A stretch of 33,256 bases of DNA, taken from assembly GCA_964576115.1 (NCBI GenBank), contig CAZNUA010000039.1, positions 1 to 33,256 of the forward strand, written 5' to 3'. Source of the stretch: an uncultured Gemmatimonadota bacterium. Lineage in GTDB: Bacteria > Blakebacterota > Blakebacteria > Blakebacterales > Blakebacteraceae. This document shows positions 10,017 through 17,941 of this stretch, one piece after another; within the stretch, counting starts at the first letter, position 1, and each line of letters starts with the position of its first letter. The notes beneath the pieces were generated by a model that had not been told where the DNA came from, did no database searches, and was given only the letters and a program-made list of their open reading frames with translations. The position numbers and the translations under genes were made by a program.

Positions 10017-13000
10017 ATGTCGCGAAGCCGCTGGTTCGTCCCCGCCATCTGGACCGCCTTCTTCATCTCGGGCTCGGCCGGCCTGATCTACGAAGTCGTC
10101 TGGGCCCGCTATCTCGATCTGGTGCTCGGCGGCACCGCCTACGCGCACATCATGGTGCTGACCGCCTACATGGGCGGGATGGCCCTGGGAGCGTACGCCT
10201 TCGGCCGCCTGGCCGACCGGATCAGCGAACCGTTGGTGCTCTACAGCTACCTCGAGATGGGGATCGGCCTGTACGGGCTCGTCTTCCCGCTCCTCTTCTC
10301 GGCCGCGAGCGCCCTGTACCTGCTCCTGGCCGGTCTGCTCGGCACGACCGGAGCGGGGGGGGTGGCGAACAAGTTCCTGATCTCGCTCCTGCTCCTGGTT
10401 CCCTCGACTTTCTGTATGGGCGGCACACTGCCGCTGCTGACCCGGACCCTGACCGGTCACCCCGAACGGGTCGGGAAGAGGGTCGCCGGACTCTACTTCA
10501 TCAACAGCCTGGGGGCCGTGCTCGGAGCCCTTCTGGCCGGATTCCTTTTCATCCCGGGGCTGGGTATGAGCGCCACCCTGACGATCGCGGCGACGCTCAA
10601 TATCGTGGTAGGGGTCGGCCTGCTGGGGGCCTGGCGGTACGACTGGTTCACCGGCGACCGGACGGCAGAGGCCGGGAACGGCGCCGAGTCCGGGACGGCG
10701 AGCGGACAGAAACAGCGCGCCGGAACCCGATGGGAGGGGGGGGAATTCGCCGCACTGGAGCCGGAACGGCTCCGGCTACCGGCCCGGATTGTGCTCTGGG
10801 GCGCCGGTCTTTCGGGGCTGACCGTGATGGCGTATGAAGTGGCCTGGATCAGAATGCTCTCGACCATCCTCGGTTCGAGCACCTACAGCTTCACGCTCAT
10901 GCTGGCGGCCTTCATCACCGGTATCGCTCTCGGTTCGCTCATCGCCCGATGGCTGGCCCGGTTCGCCCGACCTTTTCTGTTCTTCGGCTTGAGCCAGCTG
11001 GCGATCGGCGCCTGCCTGCTGCTGACACTGCCGCTTTACGGGCGGCTCCCCTTCCACTTCCTCTGGCTGCAGAGCGTGGTGGCGCCCACCGAGACGGGGT
11101 ATCCGATCCACGAACTGTTCAAGTACCTCTTCTGCCTGACGATCATGGTGCCGCCGACCCTGGCCTCGGGCGCCGCCCTGCCGCTGGCCACCGATGTAGC
11201 GGCCCGCCTGCTCGAGAGGGTAGGGAGCCCGGTAGGACGGATCTATGCGTTCAACACTGTCGGGACCATTGTCGGAGCCCTGCTCGGCGGTCTCGTGCTC
11301 CTGCCTCTGCTGGGTGTCAAACTCACCCTCGAGCTCGGGATCGTGATCAATCTGGCGGTCGGTTTCATTGTGCTGGCGCTGCATCCCCGGGTGGGGCGGG
11401 TCACCCTGCAGCGGGCCGCGACCACCGCCGGTATCTGCGTCGTGCTGTACCTGGCGCTGGCTCCGGCCTGGGACCTGCGGGCATTCGCCAACGGGGTCTT
11501 CCGCGAGCGGCTCGAGGGCGACGTCACGGCCGAGTTCAGACAGAAGATCGAACAGGCCGAAGTGCTCTTCTACGAGGAGGACATCAACGGCACCGTGGCC
11601 GTGATCAGCAACGAGGCCGGAACCTCGCTGATCGTGAACGGCAAGGCCGATGCCAGTACCGGTCTGGGAGATCGCACCACCCAGACGATGCTGGCTGCGG
11701 TGCCGGCGCTGATGGTCCCGCAGGCCCGCCGGGCTTTCGTCATCGGTCTGGGCAGCGGCCAGACTGTCGGACACCTGCTCCGCTATCCGCTCGAGCGGGT
11801 CGAGGTGGTCGAGATTTCACCGGGGGTGGTCCGGGCGAGCCGCTATTTCGACGACATCAGCGGCCGGCCGCTCGAGGACGAGCGAACCGATCTGGTCACC
11901 CAGGATGCCAGGACCTACCTGCTCACCCGCCCCGAAGCACACTACGATGTGATCATTTCGGAACCGAGCAATCCCTGGATCGCCGGTATCGGCGGTCTCT
12001 TCACGATCGAGTACTTCACTACTCTGCGCGATCGGCTCGAACCGGGCGGGGTGGCGGCGCAGTGGATCCACGTCTACGAACAGAGCGACGAGACCCTGCA
12101 GTGCGTCTTTCTGACCTTCGCCCAGGCTTTCCCTTATGTGAGTGTCTGGGGCATGTCGCCCGGCGATCTGCTCCTGATCGGCAGCAACGAACCGCAGCAG
12201 TGGAATTTCGATGCCGCGGCCGAACGACTGGCCCGGCCGGGGGTGCGGGCCGACCTGGAAGCGATCGAGATCGCCGATCTCTATACCCTGCTGAGTCGGC
12301 AGCTGATGAGTCCGTTGCGCTTCGCCGAGGCCACGAGCCTGGGGGGGCGGATCAACTCCAACACCTTTCCCTTTCTGGAGTACCGGGCTCCCCGGGCCTT
12401 CTTCGTCGATGCCCAGACCTCGTGGCATCTGGGTTTCGACGAGCGGGTGCGCACCCTGCCCAACACCGGTCTGTTTCTGCGGGAGTACCTGTCCGGACGC
12501 GAACGGCTTGCGAGCGAAGTCGCCGCGGCCGGCCGCTACTTCGCAAAGACCGGCGGTCTGAATCCGCGCCTGCGTCTCATGGCTGCGGCCGCCTGGCTCG
12601 AACGTTCTCCCGATGACTCCGAACCGGTCGAAGAAGGCATCGCCAGCGGAGTACTGGCCCGCCAGGCCGCGCTCCGGGCGTCGGTGCGACTCGTCGAAGA
12701 ATCGCCCGAGGATCCCGAACTCGTCGGGAATCATGTCGAACTGCTGATCGAGTCCTACGCACTGCTGCGGGGAGCGTTCTGGGAGGCCGAATCCCTGGTG
12801 CCCGAGATGCGCCGCTGGCTGCCCCGGGCGGCGGTCCTGCTGCCCGACCGGGCTTATTACTATCTGTATCGGCTGGGATTGGTCGAGTACGATCAGGGCG
12901 CCTATGAACAGGCCCTCGAGTATCTGGAAGAGACGGTTGCAGAACTGCGCGATCAGACCGTTCCTGCCGGGCAGCAGCGGGTTGCGCCCTCGTTCGTCTT

Positions 13001-13178
13001 CACCTATCTGGGACGGATTCAGCTGATCCAGGAATCGTACCCGGAAGCGCGCGAGAGCTTCCGGGCCGCCTGGGTGCTCGATTCCGGGAACTCCGCGGCG
13101 GCCTTCTGGACCAGGGAACTGAGTCCGCAGACCACTTCGGGCCGGTTCCTGCCGTTGACCGCGATCATGCCCAGGTAA
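10017..13178 (+). CDS. Fused MFS-like membrane domain / spermidine-synthase-like SAM-fold transferase with C-terminal TPR-like helices (paralogue 2)
   Basis: Same architecture and long near-identical blocks as paralogue 1 (IWTAFFISG, STILGSSTYSFTLMLAAFITGIA, PPTLASGAALPLATDVAARL, VIGLGSGQT, SEPSNPWIAGIGGLF); GGAG before ATG10017, with TTG10014 an alternative start. Confidence 0.88.
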   Translation: MSRSRWFVPAIWTAFFISGSAGLIYEVVWARYLDLVLGGTAYAHIMVLTAYMGGMALGAYAFGRLADRISEPLVLYSYLEMGIGLYGLVFPLLFSAASALYLLLAGLLGTTGAGGVANKFLISLLLLVPSTFCMGGTLPLLTRTLTGHPERVGKRVAGLYFINSLGAVLGALLAGFLFIPGLGMSATLTIAATLNIVVGVGLLGAWRYDWFTGDRTAEAGNGAESGTASGQKQRAGTRWEGGEFAALEPERLRLPARIVLWGAGLSGLTVMAYEVAWIRMLSTILGSSTYSFTLMLAAFITGIALGSLIARWLARFARPFLFFGLSQLAIGACLLLTLPLYGRLPFHFLWLQSVVAPTETGYPIHELFKYLFCLTIMVPPTLASGAALPLATDVAARLLERVGSPVGRIYAFNTVGTIVGALLGGLVLLPLLGVKLTLELGIVINLAVGFIVLALHPRVGRVTLQRAATTAGICVVLYLALAPAWDLRAFANGVFRERLEGDVTAEFRQKIEQAEVLFYEEDINGTVAVISNEAGTSLIVNGKADASTGLGDRTTQTMLAAVPALMVPQARRAFVIGLGSGQTVGHLLRYPLERVEVVEISPGVVRASRYFDDISGRPLEDERTDLVTQDARTYLLTRPEAHYDVIISEPSNPWIAGIGGLFTIEYFTTLRDRLEPGGVAAQWIHVYEQSDETLQCVFLTFAQAFPYVSVWGMSPGDLLLIGSNEPQQWNFDAAAERLARPGVRADLEAIEIADLYTLLSRQLMSPLRFAEATSLGGRINSNTFPFLEYRAPRAFFVDAQTSWHLGFDERVRTLPNTGLFLREYLSGRERLASEVAAAGRYFAKTGGLNPRLRLMAAAAWLERSPDDSEPVEEGIASGVLARQAALRASVRLVEESPEDPELVGNHVELLIESYALLRGAFWEAESLVPEMRRWLPRAAVLLPDRAYYYLYRLGLVEYDQGAYEQALEYLEETVAELRDQTVPAGQQRVAPSFVFTYLGRIQLIQESYPEARESFRAAWVLDSGNSAAAFWTRELSPQTTSGRFLPLTAIMPR

Positions 13179-13190
13179 GAGGAGACGACC

Positions 13191-14045
13191 GTGACCAGGT
13201 TCATCGCCGCCAGCGCTGCCATCGTCGTTCTCAGCACCAGCCTCCTCTGCGGATGCAGTTACTACGCCCGGACCGCCGAACCCGATTTCGTCGCTCTGGG
13301 CCCCGAACAGGTTCTCCGGCGGGCGGCCGATGCGGCCGGTGACGTGGATGAGCTGCAGACCGTCGGAACCCTTCTGATCCAGACCCTGCAGGGATCCTTC
13401 ATGACACGCGTGAGCGCACTCTTTGCCGCTCCCGATTCGATACGTCTCGATGTCAGCGTGACGCTGGGAGGGCTGGCTCTGCAGGCGGTGATGTTCGGAC
13501 CGCAGTTCACGATCTACCTGCCGATGCAGAGCGCGGTGATCGACGGGGTCTTTCTCGGCAGCCGGATCATGGAGATTCAGGGGATCCGGCTCGACGAGTC
13601 GGTCGTGCGCGAGCTGGTCCTCGGGCCGGCTCTGGCCTGGGATCCGGCCGAACTTGCCGCCCGGGTCGATCAGTACGACGTGGGACCAGAACAGATCAAC
13701 CTCGGGATCGAGCGCGAGGACGGGACGCGCCTGCTCCTCTGCCTGGAACGGGATTTTTCTTACTGCCGGACCGTACGTCTGGCTCCTGACGGTTCGATTC
13801 TCATGGAGGCCCGGTTCGACGGCTACCGTCGGATCGGTTCGGCCCGCCTGCCGCAGCAGGTCACCCTGCACTATCCCGATGACGGACTCGACCTGATTCT
13901 CGAGATCGTCCGCCGCGATCCCGACCCCGACCGTCATCCGGACGATTTCGAGCTCCGTATCCCGCCGCGGGTGCAGCGGATTCCCCCCCGAGGCGCCCCC
14001 TCGTGCCACGCGTACCCGACCTGGCCCGGGAGCAGCGATCGATGA
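13191..14045 (+). CDS. Lipoprotein, DUF4292-like (probable LolA/LolB-type beta-sheet fold)
   Basis: Signal peptide with lipobox LLCG-C; beta-rich body with PDSIRLDV and ARFDGYRRIG..LPQQVTL..P..F.L.IP, resembling DUF4292 proteins; RBS GAGGAG. Family assignment is by recognition only. Confidence 0.6.
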   Translation: MTRFIAASAAIVVLSTSLLCGCSYYARTAEPDFVALGPEQVLRRAADAAGDVDELQTVGTLLIQTLQGSFMTRVSALFAAPDSIRLDVSVTLGGLALQAVMFGPQFTIYLPMQSAVIDGVFLGSRIMEIQGIRLDESVVRELVLGPALAWDPAELAARVDQYDVGPEQINLGIEREDGTRLLLCLERDFSYCRTVRLAPDGSILMEARFDGYRRIGSARLPQQVTLHYPDDGLDLILEIVRRDPDPDRHPDDFELRIPPRVQRIPPRGAPSCHAYPTWPGSSDR

Positions 14046-15030
14046 GGGCCCTTGTCCAGGGCATTCTCATCACCCGACCGCATAATGTGGCTATCGCCGC
14101 CGTGGCGGTAACCGCCGGGGCCCTGACCGGCTCCGCGACGATTCTGCATCCGTCGCAGATCTTCTGGGCGGCGGTTGCCGCCGCGTTGATCACCGCCGGG
14201 GGCAATACCCTCAACGATGTCGCCGACCTCGCCGTGGATGCCGTCAACAAACCCAACCGGCCTCTGCCGAGCGGACGGTTGGACCCGAAGGCGGCCCTCG
14301 TCCTGGCGATCGTGCTCTTTGCGGCGGGTCTGGCGGCCACCCTGCCGCTGCCGCCCGCCTGCCGGTTGATCGCCGCGGCGAGTGTCGGGCTGATCGTGTT
14401 CTACGATCTGTGGGCCAGCGGCAGTACGTTGATCGGCAATCTGGTCGTCAGCCTGCTGACCGGGACGGCCTTTCTCTTCGGAAGCCTGGCCGCGGGGACG
14501 GGGGCTTGGGGTTTGATACCCGGGGTATTCGCCTTCTTTTTCGATCTGGGACGCGAGGTCGTCAAGGATCTGGAGGATTGCGAGGCCGACCGCACCGGCG
14601 GCTTGACAACCTTGCCGATCACGGCCGGCGAGGGCGTCGCCCGGCGCACCGCCATTGCGGCGCTGCTGATTCTGCTCGCCCTGCTGCCCGTTCCCAGCCT
14701 GGCCGGGTGGCTGGCATTTCCCTACCTTCCGATCGTGCTCGCGGGNNNNNNNNNNNNNNNNNNNNNNNNNNNNNNNNNNNNNNNNNNNNNNNNNNNNNNN
14801 NNNNNNNNNNNNNNNNNNNNNNNNNNNNNNNNNNNNNNNNNNNNNTTCCCAGCCTGGCCGGGTGGCTGGCATTTCCCTACCTTCCGATCGTGCTCGCGGG
14901 GGTGGGGATTCCGGTCGCGATCGTCATCGCCGGTCTGCGTCGCCCGCGTGAGGCAGCCGTTTACCGGCGCTTTCAGATCATCATGAAGGTGGATATGATC
15001 GTCGGGTTACTGGCGATACTGTCCGGATAG
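14042..15030 (+). CDS. UbiA-family prenyltransferase, digeranylgeranylglyceryl-phosphate synthase (DGGGPS)-like; spans an assembly gap
   Basis: RPHN N-terminus, first Asp-rich motif GNTLNDVADLAVDAVNKPNRPLPSG, IGNLVVSLLTG..FLFG, second motif GREVVKDLEDCEAD..G..TLP, C-terminal MKVDMIVGLLA. Collapsing the duplicated 55 bp around the gap gives one 277-aa ORF; ATGA overlap with the upstream gene. Confidence 0.85.
14746..14845. other. Scaffold gap (100 N) flanked by an exact 55-bp duplication: an assembly artefact
   Basis: 14691-14745 and 14846-14900 are identical (TTCCCAGCCTGG...GCTCGCGGG). Confidence 0.93.
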
Positions 15031-15104
15031 AGATGCCGGAAATGCGGCGACAATCGAATACTGCAATTGTCGCCTGACAGGGCATCAGGGGGGGAGCAAC
15101 CAGG

Positions 15105-16907
15105 GTGAGTCACGCGATCCGCATCCTGCCCGATAACGTGGTCGACAAGATTGCCGCGGGCGAAGTGGTCGAACGTCCGGCTTCGGTCGTCAAGGAACTC
15201 GTCGAGAACGCCCTTGATGCCGGTGCCCGCACCGTCACGGTGACCGCCCGCACGGGGGGGCGCGATCTGATCGAGGTCGTGGACGACGGTCACGGAATGA
15301 CCTCGGACGAGGCTCGCCTGGCCCTGCGCCGTCATGCCACCAGCAAGATCGCGACCGTCGACGATCTGGCCGCGCTCGACAGCTACGGTTTTCGCGGCGA
15401 AGCTCTGCCCAGCATCGCCGCTGTGAGCCGGCTGGTGCTGGAGAGCGCCGCCGGCGAGGGCGCCGAAGGGGTGCGGATCGTCGTGGAGGGGGGGGAGATC
15501 GTCGTCTTCGAACCGTGCGCCCGACGCCGCGGCACCACCGTGCGGGTCGAACACCTCTTCGCCAACGTGCCCGCCCGCCGCAAGTTTCTCAAGTCGGCCC
15601 AGACCGAATACCGGCACCTGCTGCGCACCGTGACCGAGGCGGCTCTGGCCGCGCTCGAGACCGCGTTCGTCTTCACCCACGACGATCGAACGACCTTCGA
15701 ACTGGCCGCCGGGGAGGATCTGCGACGCCGTGCCGCCGCTCTCTTCGGCCGGCAGAGCGTGTCGGGAGCGGTGTTGCTCGCCGCCGAACTCGGCGATATG
15801 CGTCTGTCGGGGATCGTGGGAAGCCCGCAGGCCGCCCGGCGCACCGCGAGTGCGCTGCACATCTTCGTCAACGGCCGGCCGGTCTCGCATCGGGGCCTGG
15901 CCTGGGCGCTCACCTCGGGCTACGGCGAGTTGCTCGGACAGGGGCGGCATCCTTTCGCCTGTCTCTTTGTCTCGGTGCCTCCCGAGGCGCTCGATGTCAA
16001 CGTTCATCCGGCCAAACGCGAGGTCAGATTCGCCGACGAGTCCCGGGTCAAGGATTTCGTGCGGGTCGGGGTCAGCGAGGCGCTGGGACGAGAAATCGGT
16101 ACCGGCACGTTCGGTCCGAGAAGGGGCGAAGGGAGCCGGGGGAACGGCGTGGCCGGGGTCGGCCGGCGTATCGAAGCGGCCGATCTGCCCTGGCATGCGA
16201 CCGGTCTGTTCACCGGGCTGGTACGCGAGGCGGCCGATGCCGCTGCCACCCTGTTCCAGACCGATTCCGAGCCGGCTCCGGAGGCCTCTGCGGAGGGGGC
16301 CGAGGAGAGCGAGCAGGAGCCGGCGGCCGGGGAGGTGACGGCCGTCGATCCCATGATATGGCAGCTTCACGAGCGCTATATCCTGGCGCCGATCAAGGGA
16401 GGGCTGCTGGTCGTCGATCAGCATGCGGCCCACGAGCGTATCCTCTATGAAGAGGTTCTCGGTCACCTGACCAGCGAGCCGGCCGTCAGCCAGCAGCTTC
16501 TCTTCCCGCACGTGCTCGACCTGAATGCCGAGCAGTTCGCCCTGGTCCAGGAATACGGTCCGATGCTGGATCGGGTCGGATTCACCGTGCGGCCCTTCGG
16601 CGGCAATACCGTCACGATCGAAGCCGTGCCGCCCTCCGTCGAGGGGTCGGGCCGCGAAGAAGAGTTTCTGATCGGCCTGCTCGATGATCTGGCTGCCGGT
16701 GGTGGAGGGACGGTCGGAGAGCGGCTCGCGGCTTCACTTGCCTGCCGGGCGGCGGTCAAATTCGGATTCCGGCTCGATCCCGAAGAGCGTCGGGCCCTGG
16801 TGGACCGGCTTTTCGCCTGCGAGCGGCCCCAGGTCTGTCCGCACGGCCGACCAACCCACCTGGTGCTGACTATCGACGAGCTCGACCGACGCTTCGAGCG
16901 CGGCTGA
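15105..16907 (+). CDS. mutL: DNA mismatch repair endonuclease MutL
   Basis: KIAAGEVVERPASVVKELVENALDAGA, HATSKI, GFRGEALPSI, DVNVHPAKREV, endonuclease motifs DQHAAHERILYE, ACR and CPHGRP. Confidence 0.97.
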   Translation: MSHAIRILPDNVVDKIAAGEVVERPASVVKELVENALDAGARTVTVTARTGGRDLIEVVDDGHGMTSDEARLALRRHATSKIATVDDLAALDSYGFRGEALPSIAAVSRLVLESAAGEGAEGVRIVVEGGEIVVFEPCARRRGTTVRVEHLFANVPARRKFLKSAQTEYRHLLRTVTEAALAALETAFVFTHDDRTTFELAAGEDLRRRAAALFGRQSVSGAVLLAAELGDMRLSGIVGSPQAARRTASALHIFVNGRPVSHRGLAWALTSGYGELLGQGRHPFACLFVSVPPEALDVNVHPAKREVRFADESRVKDFVRVGVSEALGREIGTGTFGPRRGEGSRGNGVAGVGRRIEAADLPWHATGLFTGLVREAADAAATLFQTDSEPAPEASAEGAEESEQEPAAGEVTAVDPMIWQLHERYILAPIKGGLLVVDQHAAHERILYEEVLGHLTSEPAVSQQLLFPHVLDLNAEQFALVQEYGPMLDRVGFTVRPFGGNTVTIEAVPPSVEGSGREEEFLIGLLDDLAAGGGGTVGERLAASLACRAAVKFGFRLDPEERRALVDRLFACERPQVCPHGRPTHLVLTIDELDRRFERG

Positions 16908-16914
16908 GCGGATC

Positions 16915-17904
16915 ATGGCTGCGGCCTCGCACAGGACCGACACACCGCATTCGTCCGTACCCCGAATACTCATCGTCGCCGGGCCCACCGGGGTGGGCAA
17001 GACCGAGGCCGCCCTGCTCGTGGCCGAAGAACTGGCGGCGGAGATCATCTCGGCCGATTCGCGCCAGGTGTACCAGGGGCTCGAGATCGGTACCGCCGCC
17101 CCCGGGACCGCGGAACTGGCCCGCGTGCCCCACCATCTGGTCAGCGAGCGCGATCCGCGCCGGGCCTGGTCGGCAGGGGAGTTTGCCCGCCAGGCTGCCG
17201 CGGCTGCACGCGATATCCTCGCCCGCGGCCACCTGCCGATGGTGGTCGGCGGGAGTGGTTTCTATCTGCAGGCCCTGCAGGAGGGGATCTTCGCCGAACC
17301 GCCGGCCGATCCCGCCCGGCGGGCCGCCCTGCGCCGCGAGCTGCGCCGGCGCTGTTCGACCGAGGGACCCGAACGCCTGCACGCCGAGCTGATGGCGGCC
17401 GATCCCGCCTGGGCGGCCGCGATCGAACCGACCGACAGCCAGCGGATCGTGCGCGGTCTCGAAGCGTGGCAACTTTACGGGACGCCGCTCTCCGAACTGC
17501 AGGCCGCCGAAGCGGCCGACCCCCCGATCGCAGCCGATTTCTGTACTCTCCTGCTCGAGCGGGACCGGGCCGATCTCTATGCCCGGATCGACCGGCGGGT
17601 CACGAAGCAGTTCGAGCGCGGCTGGCTCGAAGAAGCGCGGGCTCTGCAGCAGGCCGGGGTGCCCCCCGATGCACCCGGCCTGAGCGGGCTGGGCTATGAG
17701 GCCCTCTTTGCCCACCTGGCGGGGGAGGTTTCGCAGGCCGAGGCGGTGGAGATGATCCGTCGCGAACACCGCCGGTACGCCAAGCGGCAGCTCACCTGGT
17801 TCCGCCGCTTTACCGCCGAGAGGATTGCGCTTGTGCCCGAAGACGGAGCCGAAGCGACCGCGGCCAGGATCCTGGCCGCCTGGCGGAGCGACTCTTCGGA
17901 CTGA
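16915..17904 (+). CDS. miaA: tRNA dimethylallyltransferase
   Basis: GPTGVGKT, IISADSRQVY, VPHHL, VGGSGFY, YAKRQLTWFR; conserved mutL-miaA pair. Confidence 0.96.
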   Translation: MAAASHRTDTPHSSVPRILIVAGPTGVGKTEAALLVAEELAAEIISADSRQVYQGLEIGTAAPGTAELARVPHHLVSERDPRRAWSAGEFARQAAAAARDILARGHLPMVVGGSGFYLQALQEGIFAEPPADPARRAALRRELRRRCSTEGPERLHAELMAADPAWAAAIEPTDSQRIVRGLEAWQLYGTPLSELQAAEAADPPIAADFCTLLLERDRADLYARIDRRVTKQFERGWLEEARALQQAGVPPDAPGLSGLGYEALFAHLAGEVSQAEAVEMIRREHRRYAKRQLTWFRRFTAERIALVPEDGAEATAARILAAWRSDSSD

Positions 17905-17941
17905 GGGACAGAACGGTCCCCGCGCGGGATTTTGAACCCTC

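Noticed and set aside
14746..14845. Frameshift/pseudogene or insertion element in the prenyltransferase
   Set aside because: A round 100-N gap with an exact 55-bp overlap is a scaffolding artefact; merging restores the frame
17905..17933. Terminator between convergent miaA and the GuaA-like gene
   Set aside because: Only short alternative stems (GGGAC/GTCCC; TCCC/GGGA followed by TTTT), too weak to call
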